DNA of 64,000 bases from an uncultured Acetatifactor sp. (GCA_964403595.1 CAYOGM010000001.1:11676-75675); one strand, 5' to 3'. Numbered from the stretch's first letter, positions 9,670 through 20,165 are shown. Translations and numbers: made by a program. The notes: generated from the sequence alone by a model not told the origin.

Positions 9670-10395
9670 TCACCTCCCGCAAGTAATAGAAATATTTTGT
9701 CCATTAACACAACCGGCTCCATCAGACAAAAGATATTGTATAGTTGGTGTAAGATCATCCGTAGTAAGATTACGTCCTATGGGACTCAGCTCTGCATTTT
9801 TTGCAATCAAATAATCCGGTTGATTAGCCAAATACTTTGTCTCAACCCATGCCGGAGAAATTCCATTTACAGTAATTCCTTTATCAGCATATTCTACTGC
9901 CAACGCTTTCATCAACCCCAACAAAGCATATTTTGTCGTTATATAGTTAGAACAATACTTAGGCGGCATGCCATCTACCACAAAGGATAGCATAACAACA
10001 ATTCGACCATATCTCGCTTTCATCATAGCAGGAACAACCGTTTGACATATTCTCACCAGTGATTTGACAGAAACTTCCATTTCTCTTTGAAAAACTTCCC
10101 ACTTGATTTTATGAAATTTTGCATTATCGCAAGGCACTGCCGGGAGATGCAACACATGTGTTATATCATCATCCATACTTTTTAATTCCGATAACATATT
10201 GTCAACCTGCGCATCATCCAACAAATCTGCCTGCATCAACTTAAGCTTACCCTGATAACATTCCTTTAGTTCTTTAAGGTTGTCATTCATATGATTATAA
10301 TGCGCAATAATAAAGTCATACTCTTTTCCTAATTCTTTTATAGTCGCTGTACCTATATCAGAGGAAGCCCCTATCACAAGCAATGTTTTCCTCAT
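9670..10395 (-). CDS. SDR family oxidoreductase (FabG/ketoreductase-like)
   Basis: IGASSDIG Rossmann motif, YITTK (YxxxK), ITVNGISP. Start could alternatively be GTG 10404. Confidence 0.85.
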   Translation of the reverse strand: MRKTLLVIGASSDIGTATIKELGKEYDFIIAHYNHMNDNLKELKECYQGKLKLMQADLLDDAQVDNMLSELKSMDDDITHVLHLPAVPCDNAKFHKIKWEVFQREMEVSVKSLVRICQTVVPAMMKARYGRIVVMLSFVVDGMPPKYCSNYITTKYALLGLMKALAVEYADKGITVNGISPAWVETKYLANQPDYLIAKNAELSPIGRNLTTDDLTPTIQYLLSDGAGCVNGQNISITCGR

Positions 10396-10419
10396 AATTC
10401 TCACTACTCTTTCTTTTGT

Positions 10420-10662
10420 CTATTTTCCCAATTCTAAAATAATATCTACCATTTCACCAACATTTTTCATGGTAACAACTTTCCCCATAGGAATCTTAAA
10501 AGAAAACTCCTCTTCCACTGCACATACCAAATTAATATGCTCAAAAGAGTCCCAATCTTCGATATCATCTGATGTAGTTTCATCATTTAAAACAATGCTT
10601 TCATCATCAAACACATCTCTAAATACCTTTGTTAATCTTTCATACGCTACTTCTCTTGTCAT
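10420..10662 (-). CDS. Acyl carrier protein
   Basis: 80 aa, acidic, DIEDWDSFEH containing the phosphopantetheine Ser. Confidence 0.92.
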   Translation of the reverse strand: MTREVAYERLTKVFRDVFDDESIVLNDETTSDDIEDWDSFEHINLVCAVEEEFSFKIPMGKVVTMKNVGEMVDIILELGK

Positions 10663-10680
10663 AATCTTATCTCCTTGTTT

Positions 10681-11106
10681 TTATTTTAAAACCATCACTT
10701 TCATGTTGGCTTTTGAAACACATTTTCCCATCTGATTCACAATTTCTACTTTTAACTGTAAAAGTTTAAGTGCATCTTGCTTAGACTCTACTACTCCCTC
10801 AACCGTCAGAATATCTCCCGCATATACCGGTTTTTGAAATTTAATGTCCATGCTATGAATCAAACTATATTTTCCGGGCAAATACACCCCTGCAATTGTT
10901 GAATACAATGAGGCTGTCAACATTCCGAATGTAACATGCCCCTTGAATTTACCTTCACCAACTTCTATTGCATAATCATCATCCATATGAAGAGGATTCA
11001 CATCACCACAAATCAATCTAAATAAATCCTCTTTTTCCTTTGTAATTTCAATAGAAAACCGTTCTCTTCTACCTACTTCAATTTCATCATAAATTAACTC
11101 ATTCAT
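10681..11106 (-). CDS. MaoC/hotdog-fold (R)-specific dehydratase
   Basis: GDVNPLHMDDDYA and FQKPVYAGD motifs. Confidence 0.9.
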   Translation of the reverse strand: MNELIYDEIEVGRRERFSIEITKEKEDLFRLICGDVNPLHMDDDYAIEVGEGKFKGHVTFGMLTASLYSTIAGVYLPGKYSLIHSMDIKFQKPVYAGDILTVEGVVESKQDALKLLQLKVEIVNQMGKCVSKANMKVMVLK

Positions 11107-12017
11107 AAACCTTCTCTTATCTTTCTCACAAGCGATAATTTATCAAGCCCATTTTCTTCTCTTAACTGAGCTATTTTACCATAACCCACTGCAAATCTAT
11201 CCTCCAAACCGATGCGCTTTAATTTTGCACCGCTGGCATTATCTGTGATAACTTCTGCAATAATTCCGCCTAATCCACCGTAAACATTATGTTCCTCTAC
11301 TGTAAATATGGTCTTTGCATTCTTTATCTGCTCATACGCAAAAACCGTATCAAATGGCTTTAATCGGACTACATTTATTACCGTCAAACACACACCCTCT
11401 TCTTTAAGCAAGTCTGTCGCAGCAAGTACTTCACTTAAAATACTACCTGTTGTGAATATTATTCCATCTTCGCCCTCTCTTAGTATATCGAAGCCTTTAT
11501 CCAAAGAATAACTCTCATCAAAACACTCTATTTCGTTACCCATTCCAACCCGGATATATACCGGTCCCTTTGTTGCATATGCCTTGAGCACACACTGCTC
11601 TACCTGTTTTGGCGTTGCAGGTGACAAAATCTCCAAATTAGGAATTGCACGCAAAACAGAAATATCCTCCGTAGTATGGTGGGTAGGACCTAATGCACTT
11701 ACTGAAAGACCACTTCCAACTGCCAAGAAATTTACATTCAGATTCTGAAAACACACATCATTTCTAATAAACTCCATTGCACGATACGCCATAAAAGGTC
11801 CCGGAGAATAAATAAAGGGAATTTTACCCGCAGTAGCAAGTCCGGCCGCAGCAGCAACCATATTGCACTCTGCTATTCCAAAATCAAATGATTGCTTTGG
11901 AAAACTCATTTTAAAAAGCCTATCCAAACCACCTTCACCACTATCAGATGTCAAATAAAGTACCTTTGCGTCTTTTTCCGCAAGTACCATTAAACTACTC
12001 ATACATGCACTTTGCAT
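11103..12017 (-). CDS. Transketolase-like, C-terminal (pyrimidine-binding) subunit
   Basis: GIAECNM..AAAGLA, GPTHH..ED, TVEEHN..GGLG. Confidence 0.9.
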   Translation of the reverse strand: MQSACMSSLMVLAEKDAKVLYLTSDSGEGGLDRLFKMSFPKQSFDFGIAECNMVAAAAGLATAGKIPFIYSPGPFMAYRAMEFIRNDVCFQNLNVNFLAVGSGLSVSALGPTHHTTEDISVLRAIPNLEILSPATPKQVEQCVLKAYATKGPVYIRVGMGNEIECFDESYSLDKGFDILREGEDGIIFTTGSILSEVLAATDLLKEEGVCLTVINVVRLKPFDTVFAYEQIKNAKTIFTVEEHNVYGGLGGIIAEVITDNASGAKLKRIGLEDRFAVGYGKIAQLREENGLDKLSLVRKIREGL

Positions 12018-12847
12018 AATTGTATCAATTCCTCATCTTTAATTGTCAGCTCTTCTTTAAACACTTTCAGTTCTTTTCTATTTGGCATTTTATAATGCCA
12101 AATAGAATTATTCTCCATGATAGATACACCTTTACCCTTTATCGTATGGGCAATAACTAATCTTGGCACATCTTCATTATTTGGAGCTACAAATATCTCC
12201 TGCAACATATCTGTATCATGTCCGTTGACTTCAACAATATCCCAGCCAAAAGAAGACCACTTTTCCTTCCAATTTACTACTCCCAGTGTCTCCTGAACAC
12301 CATTTGTCTTCTGCAATGAATTACTATCAATGATGGCAGTTAAATTTCCCAACTTAAATGCAACTGCAGACATCGCAGCTTCCCATACAGAGCCCTCTTG
12401 ACACTCGCCATCACCCAATAATACATATGTCTTACTACCTTGTTTATCCATTTTCTGCGCAAGTGCCATTCCAACACCAATAGATAATCCATGTCCCAAG
12501 GAGCCTGTAGACGCCTCAATTCCCGGCAAATCTCGCATACATGGTTCACCGCCTATATGGCAATTCGGCTGAAGATATGTATGTAATTCTTCCTTTGTAA
12601 GAAATCCCACCTCAGAAAGAACCGTATATAATGCCAATCCTCCATGCCCCTTACTCAAAACAAATCTGTCTCTTGCCTCCCACAATGGATCCTCCGCATT
12701 ATACTTTAACACCCCTTTCATGTATAGAGTGTATAAAATCTCCAATGATGAAAAAGAAGAGGCTAGATGTGCCATACCACCTTTATATGCCGTAATAAAA
12801 ATTTCCTTGCGCAACCTCTTACATTCATCGATATCAAAATGATTCAT
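11999..12847 (-). CDS. Transketolase-like, N-terminal (TPP-binding) subunit
   Basis: RDRFVLSKGH, STGSLGHGL, GDGECQEGSVWEA, HTIKGKG. Confidence 0.9.
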   Translation of the reverse strand: MNHFDIDECKRLRKEIFITAYKGGMAHLASSFSSLEILYTLYMKGVLKYNAEDPLWEARDRFVLSKGHGGLALYTVLSEVGFLTKEELHTYLQPNCHIGGEPCMRDLPGIEASTGSLGHGLSIGVGMALAQKMDKQGSKTYVLLGDGECQEGSVWEAAMSAVAFKLGNLTAIIDSNSLQKTNGVQETLGVVNWKEKWSSFGWDIVEVNGHDTDMLQEIFVAPNNEDVPRLVIAHTIKGKGVSIMENNSIWHYKMPNRKELKVFKEELTIKDEELIQLCKVHV

Positions 12848-12865
12848 AATATAGCCTCTTCATAA

Positions 12866-14659
12866 TTAGTTAATACTGATTACATTTTGCTTGTTTATGT
12901 ACTCTTTCGGAATTACATACTGCCACACTGTATTACCTTCTGAGTCCTCACTAAGCTTCTCAAAACTCTGCAACTCATAAAAATCTCTAACCATGGAATT
13001 CTTTGCTGTGGGATAAAAATATCCATAAATTGTCTTTATCCCCATATCAACAGCTTTCTGTACGAGTACATCCATCATTGCAAATTCCATATTTCGTTTA
13101 AGCACTCTGCAACTCATAAGCCAAAGATCAATATGCAATTCATCCCTATTTATACCCTTGATATTTCCAACAATAAGGCTTACAACTCCATTATCCCCAA
13201 ATTTATCCTGTAATTTACCATATAGAGTAATATAATCGGCACTTTTTGCGATTTCTTCAATATCACTTTGCGTATAACGCTTTGTTGTCAAATTAAACTG
13301 ATTGCTCTTATTCGTAAGTTGAGCAATACGGGACATATATTCCGGAACAAATGCTTGAATCTCTGCTGCCATCTCTAATGATTTTAAATACTCTTCATAA
13401 TTTTGGAAACTTGATTCCTGACGTTGTCTCTCCATATTAGCTTTGTACATCTTGTTTCTGTTCAAATCATCCGATGACAATGTAGTTACCTCAAAGAAAC
13501 CTGAACGGTCCAATACTTTAATGTATTGATTCACATCGCCTACATCCGGCACCGCCACCTCCGGTACCTGCGTTCTTACAATCTCTCTTTCCACCGGATT
13601 ATCATCAACAAAAACCAGACTTTGTAATCCAATATTCAACTCCTTAGCAATCTCCACAATATTGAAATCTTTATTCTCCCAATTAGCCTTGATAACCAAA
13701 AAATCATCAGGAGTTAATACACTATCCGGCCTATTCAATCCGGCAAGAGCATTGCTCTCATCATTTTTGGAATTTATCGTCAACAAAACTCCCAACTCTT
13801 TATGCAATTTAATATATTGCTGGAATTCTGAATAAACCTGTCCAAGGGATGTTTCCTGACCAATCTCAATATTTTCCGGTCCGTCATCTCCTACTACACC
13901 ACCCCAAAGGGTATTATCCAAATCAAGAACAAATGCTTTTTTATTTTTTCCATATAAGGCTTTAATAATATTGACTACATTGTATGCAAGTTCAGGAATT
14001 GCCTGATAAGCACATGCGTATTTATACATATGCCAGTAAAAAGGATCAGCCCACTTCTCTAAACCATAACACGCAGCAAGATAATTAATATCGTTTATAT
14101 AAAAATTATCGTTATTTTGCGCATATAAAGCAAATCTCTGATTCAATCTGTTGACAAAATTAATTCGTCCATGAATATCTGCAAAGTCCTTATTTCCCAA
14201 TAGCCTGTAAAACGGCTGCTCGAAATTATTTTGAATAACAGGACAATGATATTTATCTTCAATCTTCTTCCACATTGCCTCAAAGGGCTGATAAACGGAA
14301 TCCATCAAAGCATCTATCTCTTCCTGGTTGTCACTGATTTTCGGATATCCTTTGATGTTTCGATTGCTAGTGTGAATGAAAATAATGTCCGGCTCAAAAG
14401 CAACTAACTCTTCATTATCAAACATCACATCATTCCAATACTGTTCATATTCGGATTCATAAAATTCCGGTTCAATTTCCGCATTCAGCAGGAATAACTC
14501 CATCGTATTTCTAATATCTCTAGTCGTTGATCCTCCTAAAATAGCAATTTTCTTCCTAAGTAGTTTTTTACCATTGCTTTGTTCTAACAACAATTTCTTA
14601 AGACTCTTATGTTTCTTAAGAATATATTCACTATCAAATGGATATTCTAATGCTTTCAT
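12866..14659 (-). CDS. FkbH-like HAD-IIIC glyceryl-transferase/phosphatase
   Basis: LDLDNTLWGG (DxDxT), FVDDNPVERE, QLTNKSNQFNLT, DKFGDNG, LMSCRVL with the conserved Cys. Confidence 0.9.
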   Translation of the reverse strand: MKALEYPFDSEYILKKHKSLKKLLLEQSNGKKLLRKKIAILGGSTTRDIRNTMELFLLNAEIEPEFYESEYEQYWNDVMFDNEELVAFEPDIIFIHTSNRNIKGYPKISDNQEEIDALMDSVYQPFEAMWKKIEDKYHCPVIQNNFEQPFYRLLGNKDFADIHGRINFVNRLNQRFALYAQNNDNFYINDINYLAACYGLEKWADPFYWHMYKYACAYQAIPELAYNVVNIIKALYGKNKKAFVLDLDNTLWGGVVGDDGPENIEIGQETSLGQVYSEFQQYIKLHKELGVLLTINSKNDESNALAGLNRPDSVLTPDDFLVIKANWENKDFNIVEIAKELNIGLQSLVFVDDNPVEREIVRTQVPEVAVPDVGDVNQYIKVLDRSGFFEVTTLSSDDLNRNKMYKANMERQRQESSFQNYEEYLKSLEMAAEIQAFVPEYMSRIAQLTNKSNQFNLTTKRYTQSDIEEIAKSADYITLYGKLQDKFGDNGVVSLIVGNIKGINRDELHIDLWLMSCRVLKRNMEFAMMDVLVQKAVDMGIKTIYGYFYPTAKNSMVRDFYELQSFEKLSEDSEGNTVWQYVIPKEYINKQNVISIN

Positions 14660-14807
14660 AAATTGTCCCTTCTTTAGTATCTTCCAATAATTTTAGCAAT
14701 CTGAAAACACTTACTTTGATTATAACCAGAACTTTATTATACCACAACCATATTGCCGCATCAATAATTAATACACTGCGATGTCTTTTATGTCCTATAC
14801 TAAATCT

Positions 14808-17012
14808 CTACTTTAACATCCATGCACCATCTTGGAGCCATGTATCAAAAGTAACCTGATCAACTACCGCCTGCGCTTCCTTATCATACACAACAATATT
14901 AATTCCTCGGGAATTAAGTGAGTAATCTACACCATTGATGATTATCTTGGACTGACTTCCTGCCGCAAATCCTGCACTTGCAACAGAATACTCCAAGCCC
15001 TCACTTTTTCCTGAATATTCAACTTTTTCTTCACTTAACTGCTCATAAACCACCTGATTGGAATCAACGACTGCTGCATAACTCTTCCGATACTGTCCAG
15101 TCAAATCATTAGATAAACCAAGTTCAAACATAGCATCTTTCATTTCACTGGTAAAGGCAGCAGAGGCATCATCTGCAACAGACATAAAAACAATGTAATT
15201 ACTATCATTCAGCGAAGAAATATAGTCTGCAGCTTTTACATACTGATAATTATCAACAATAATACACTCTTCATCTAAAGAAAATTTCTGCTCTTTTAAA
15301 TAATTATCTATGGTTTCATCTCTTTCCAAAACAACTAAATAATCATAGTTAGCCAAGTTTTTTAGGATACTCACGTCCTTTGAATAAACAGTTGTTACAT
15401 TGCTACTATAAAGCAAATATCTAGACATCCACCACCTATAATTAACATCTCTATCCTGTGGATCACCTATATATACAAGGCATTTCTTATTAGGTTCCAA
15501 CTGATATTTAGCAATTATTTCATCTAAATGAGTTCTTGATGTTTCTCTTCCACTAATAGGAAGCTCATGTTTATAGATTAAAGAAATGTCATCTGTCATT
15601 GCCCCCAAAATCCCGAAACCAAATACAACCATTATTAGTATAGAAATTTTACAATTTATATTTGGCTCTATTTGACCTAATATTACAAACAAGGTCATAA
15701 TAATAATTCCCCAGGCAAACAGTTCCACCGTTGCTACATATCGACTATAACCGCCTAACTGCAACGCCTCGTCAATGGGCATAGATACCAGATACATTAC
15801 ATAATTTCCTACCTGATAAATTATGTAAATTAACACTAAATAGAATGCTATAAACATTCCATTTATCTTTTTTATAATCTTCCGGTCAAGAAAAAAAACT
15901 ACAATAAACATTATAATCAGGCTAACTGCCAAAACCCAAATTTTATTCTCGAAAGAAAAGACTCTCTCCATAAACAGCGACTTTATCAATTCAATATTTT
16001 CCGGTGTCTTCTTTGCTAGCGTTGCACTGTAATTTTCAGCTGACATTGCATGACTAGACACATTACCTGTGGCAAATACCAAATCAACATGTTGATCCCA
16101 GAGATAACGAAACAGCATTGGTAATGCAAATGCAACACCTGTTAGCCCCATTTGTTTCCACTCTCTTTTACTACTTTTGAGCCAGAAAAAGCCAATTTCA
16201 ATAATAATCGCTATTACCCACACAATTCCACTATTCTTTACAACTATTACAAAAGTTAAAAGAGGTATAACACTAATAATTCCTTTATTCAATTCGAATC
16301 TGTACTTATAAACAATTATAAATGCAGCTATAGCAATAAATGCCAACAATTTGTCTACCAACAAATTAAATGGTCCGTTCGCAAGAGCTCCACCATAACA
16401 TATTCCTACAATACAAAATATTCCTGCAACAATGTCTGCTACCCATTTTGTAATACCTTTTATTTGCTTCGTAAACATGAATAGTGTCAACGCACAACTC
16501 AAAATCAGTGCAGAGTGTGCAAACATTGTCAATCCTTCTGAATAACCTATAACCTTGCATACATACCAAATAAAGCTGGCGCTACCTAAGGGGTATGACT
16601 GAAATGTAATAAGCGTATCCTGAAAATTCGGAAATGCTGCATCTCTATAGATATTCTTAATTACAAGTCCCCAATGCGTAAAATTATCATAATGATAATA
16701 CTTTTCATCTATCAAAAATACAAACAATAATAAAATGAATATAGTAAACACTTGTATCCCCAATGAACGAGGAAAAATTTCACGTTTCTTGATTACATAA
16801 TACACGTTCAAAAATAATCCCAACAAAAAAATACCCCAAAAGGCTAAACTCATGATATTAAGAATGCCTGACAAAAAAATAATACTTCCGATACCACTAA
16901 ACACAAACACCGGAAGACATTCGTCGTCTATTTTGATTTTCTCCTTGCAATATGTCATATATCCATATGTAGAAGAAACAAAAAGCAAAAACCTCAAGAA
17001 TGAAATAATCAC
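14808..17012 (-). CDS. Polytopic membrane protein (GT-C-like) with C-terminal extracellular ILEI/PANDER-like domain
   Basis: YDNFTHWG and FQSYPLG loop motifs, many TMs; C-terminal GVDYSLNSRGINIVVYD..VDQVTFDT. Confidence 0.55.
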   Translation of the reverse strand: MIISFLRFLLFVSSTYGYMTYCKEKIKIDDECLPVFVFSGIGSIIFLSGILNIMSLAFWGIFLLGLFLNVYYVIKKREIFPRSLGIQVFTIFILLLFVFLIDEKYYHYDNFTHWGLVIKNIYRDAAFPNFQDTLITFQSYPLGSASFIWYVCKVIGYSEGLTMFAHSALILSCALTLFMFTKQIKGITKWVADIVAGIFCIVGICYGGALANGPFNLLVDKLLAFIAIAAFIIVYKYRFELNKGIISVIPLLTFVIVVKNSGIVWVIAIIIEIGFFWLKSSKREWKQMGLTGVAFALPMLFRYLWDQHVDLVFATGNVSSHAMSAENYSATLAKKTPENIELIKSLFMERVFSFENKIWVLAVSLIIMFIVVFFLDRKIIKKINGMFIAFYLVLIYIIYQVGNYVMYLVSMPIDEALQLGGYSRYVATVELFAWGIIIMTLFVILGQIEPNINCKISILIMVVFGFGILGAMTDDISLIYKHELPISGRETSRTHLDEIIAKYQLEPNKKCLVYIGDPQDRDVNYRWWMSRYLLYSSNVTTVYSKDVSILKNLANYDYLVVLERDETIDNYLKEQKFSLDEECIIVDNYQYVKAADYISSLNDSNYIVFMSVADDASAAFTSEMKDAMFELGLSNDLTGQYRKSYAAVVDSNQVVYEQLSEEKVEYSGKSEGLEYSVASAGFAAGSQSKIIINGVDYSLNSRGINIVVYDKEAQAVVDQVTFDTWLQDGAWMLK

Positions 17013-17021
17013 TATAATGTC

Positions 17022-18131
17022 CTACCCTTCTTTATTTTGAGTTTTCTTTTCAGTGAAAACAAATTTCTGCTGAACCTTATAATTACACAGGAATAGAATT
17101 GTATCTACAATACATTTAATTATCAACTCACCTCGCTGCATCATTGCATATAACAAACTTACACTTGTACCAGAAACAAGCATAGTAATCAAACACAAAA
17201 CATAATACATACAAAACGTTCTTTTACTCTTGCTTTTTGATTCAAACACAACATTTTTGTTGATTGTATAATTATACAGCGATGATACAACTCTAGCTCC
17301 TATTGTTGCTACATAAATCCTAAGTGTATCTTCCAAAGGTAGAAACATACAGAATAACCAAAACAATGTGCAGTCGATTATAAATGAAGACAATGATGCC
17401 GTAATATATACAAAAAATCTTCTTAATATCAAACTGTATATTTTATAGGAATCTCTTATGGGATCAAAGTGCGTTCCTGCGTTTTCATTCTCATATACGG
17501 TTTGAATGGTAATTTGCTCTATTTCTACATCCATCTTTACACATTCAATCAATACGTTTGTCTCATATTCAAAACGTTCTCCAAAAAGCTCCAATAAATC
17601 CTGCAAAACAGAATTAGTAAAACCACGCAACCCAGTTTGTGTGTCTTTTATATCTGTTCCAAAACAAAATCTAAATATAATTCTTGTCAGTTTATTTCCG
17701 AATTTACTTTTAAAGGGAACAAAATCCAAATCAAAATCACGACACCCCAATACTATCTTTTTTTCATCGGTTCTCCTAATCGCTTCATCTATCTGAATAA
17801 CATCCTTAATCAGATGCTGACCATCTGAATCAACAGTTACAAGACCACCACACCCTATATATTGATCCTTCAAATGCGTAAGATAATAGTTGATACCATC
17901 CTTCAGTGCTCTTCCTTTGCCTAAATTAATTGCATGCACAAATACAGTAATATCCGTATCATCACTATTCAATGACAAAATCTCTGTAAAAATAGAATGC
18001 GTCTCATCACTACTTCCATCATCTATTATTAGTATTTTATTAAAACCTGTCGACACTAACTCCTGGACATAAGTAATTAATCTTCTATCCGGATTCAATG
18101 TTGGTATTATAATGACAGTAGATTTTTTCAT
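17022..18131 (-). CDS. Bifunctional GT2 / GtrA family protein (polyprenol-P-sugar synthase plus flippase-like domain)
   Basis: IIPTLNP, DDGS, NLGKGRALK, DSDGQH, DTQTGLR, then a 4-TM GtrA-like C-terminus. RBS AGAGGAG before ATG 18131. Confidence 0.88.
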   Translation of the reverse strand: MKKSTVIIIPTLNPDRRLITYVQELVSTGFNKILIIDDGSSDETHSIFTEILSLNSDDTDITVFVHAINLGKGRALKDGINYYLTHLKDQYIGCGGLVTVDSDGQHLIKDVIQIDEAIRRTDEKKIVLGCRDFDLDFVPFKSKFGNKLTRIIFRFCFGTDIKDTQTGLRGFTNSVLQDLLELFGERFEYETNVLIECVKMDVEIEQITIQTVYENENAGTHFDPIRDSYKIYSLILRRFFVYITASLSSFIIDCTLFWLFCMFLPLEDTLRIYVATIGARVVSSLYNYTINKNVVFESKSKSKRTFCMYYVLCLITMLVSGTSVSLLYAMMQRGELIIKCIVDTILFLCNYKVQQKFVFTEKKTQNKEG

Positions 18132-18239
18132 GTGTATCTCTCCTCTACACTCCAAGTCTCTATCGACAACAGCATATGCTATCAAAACACTATTTTGCCC
18201 AATACTTACACTTGGCAAATTTATTTCCTCTACGCACAA

Positions 18240-20165
18240 CTAATATACTATATTCCACTTCTGACCAATTACATTCACATTCTTTGTAGCAATACTCAAA
18301 TTCCCAGATTCATCATGCACCAAGCAATATTCTTGATTACTTGACTCTATATAGGAGTTCCCATCTCCAGCATCTACAATTTTCCACTTTTGTGCTGTCG
18401 TTCCATTAAATGGATACAACGAAACTTTGGTGCCATCCACAAAGACTGCATGTTCTACATCTAGCGCTTGTCCATCCACCAAGATGTTCACATAACCTTC
18501 ATCTGTTGACATTAAATACACATCTTCAAACTTTATCGAACCATCCTGAGCCTGTATGTCACAAGACTCTCCATCACTGTACAAACGATATATCTTATAA
18601 TATCCAAAACTGCCTAGTATTTCATATTTATTAACATAGGGCAATCTCGTCATCACCTCATTAAGAGCAGCTTGCTGATCATCCCATACAGATAATAAGA
18701 TGAACTCTTTATCATTTTTGTATTTATATTGACCCAACAAATAAATATTATTGCCATGCACAAAAGTACTACTCTTCAAACTTAAAACATCTTGATACAT
18801 CGTGTGCAATTTCCACATACTATCATCTCGAACAACAATTGCATTTATTCCCGCATATTTCTTTACAGTCTCCAAACGGTCTACCTGTTCTAGATACAAA
18901 TTAGGATAATTCGTACGACTCCATGCGTTAACTACCAACACCACACAGAATAGGCACATTACTATTTCCCGAGATTTTTGTCCATTTATCAAAATGCACA
19001 CTGTCTTGTACACCCCTACTACAACAACAAATAACGCCAATGCATAAATTGGATAGATATACCTGTCAGTTAAATATATGGCCATTTTGGATATTAGTAG
19101 GAAATATGCCGCAACTGGAACAATTAGCATTCCCCATTTAAACATAGAAGTATGCCCATCTCTATGCCCGCATAAAATTGTCTTACAACTCAAAAAACAG
19201 AAGATACACAAAAATACAATAATATAGGGGAGCAAACCGCCCATAACTTGATTATTTATAAGCACCCAAAAGTATTTAATTCTATTCCAAGAATCCTCCC
19301 AAGAAAACGCGCTCAGATTCTCTATAGACTCAGTACCTCTATAGCCCGAAAAAACATGATTCAACATTGCCGGAAACACTACTATAGATGTTCCCGCCGC
19401 AATACCCATTGTAATACAAAAAGCAAGCAAATTCTTCCACTTTTTTTTGCTTAGAAGCCACACACCTAATACCATACATGAAATCACCAAGTAAAGAACA
19501 CAATAGTAATGTGTCAGAGCTCCAGCAATCGCTATGATTAAGCTCAAAACATACCATTTCCAATCCATGGAATCTGTAATAATTACTTTAGCAAAATGAT
19601 ATGCAATACTTGTTACTAGAAACATAGCCATTACATACATTCTTAAAAAACCTACTCCAAAGATTATTCCCGCTGAAAACACAAATACACAGCTGGCAAG
19701 TCTATATATGTTCTCATCGTCTGTATACAATTTAAGTAATTTACGATAAATATAAAAAGTAAGCAACACAAACAGAACATTAATAATTCCTGCATACCAT
19801 TTGCTGAACGTGCCAGGAAAAAATGAGCATACTGTATGTAACAACGCATAATACAAAGGTGGATGAACATCCCATGACTGATTCTGCCAGACATTACCAT
19901 AATTAAACCGGTCATTTGGATTTGCTGCATAATCATCCAGAAATGGAACTATCGACGGCTCATATGTCATTCCATCCTCCACTACAATCCGATAGGTCCC
20001 TATATGATTAGCAAGGCCATAGCTATAATATTCATCAAGATGATAGTCTCTTTTTATTGCAATTACTCCTATCGCTAAAATCGCCAAAATTACATATAGT
20101 ACTATTGTGCGTTTTTCCTTTAACATTTCACGATTCTCTTTTGATATCAATTTAAACTCTATCAA
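18240..20165 (-). CDS. GT-C fold (GT39-like) membrane glycosyltransferase with C-terminal ricin-B lectin-like domain
   Basis: HLDEYYSYGLAN, WDVHPPLYY, FLRMY, THYY; C-terminal ALDV...NGTTAQKW and GQKW (QxW repeats). Confidence 0.7.
   Translation of the reverse strand: MIEFKLISKENREMLKEKRTIVLYVILAILAIGVIAIKRDYHLDEYYSYGLANHIGTYRIVVEDGMTYEPSIVPFLDDYAANPNDRFNYGNVWQNQSWDVHPPLYYALLHTVCSFFPGTFSKWYAGIINVLFVLLTFYIYRKLLKLYTDDENIYRLASCVFVFSAGIIFGVGFLRMYVMAMFLVTSIAYHFAKVIITDSMDWKWYVLSLIIAIAGALTHYYCVLYLVISCMVLGVWLLSKKKWKNLLAFCITMGIAAGTSIVVFPAMLNHVFSGYRGTESIENLSAFSWEDSWNRIKYFWVLINNQVMGGLLPYIIVFLCIFCFLSCKTILCGHRDGHTSMFKWGMLIVPVAAYFLLISKMAIYLTDRYIYPIYALALFVVVVGVYKTVCILINGQKSREIVMCLFCVVLVVNAWSRTNYPNLYLEQVDRLETVKKYAGINAIVVRDDSMWKLHTMYQDVLSLKSSTFVHGNNIYLLGQYKYKNDKEFILLSVWDDQQAALNEVMTRLPYVNKYEILGSFGYYKIYRLYSDGESCDIQAQDGSIKFEDVYLMSTDEGYVNILVDGQALDVEHAVFVDGTKVSLYPFNGTTAQKWKIVDAGDGNSYIESSNQEYCLVHDESGNLSIATKNVNVIGQKWNIVY

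Noticed and set aside
11999..12017. Transketolase split as a frameshifted pseudogene
   Set aside because: Two-subunit transketolase-like pairs are common, and both halves are intact with overlapping stop and start.
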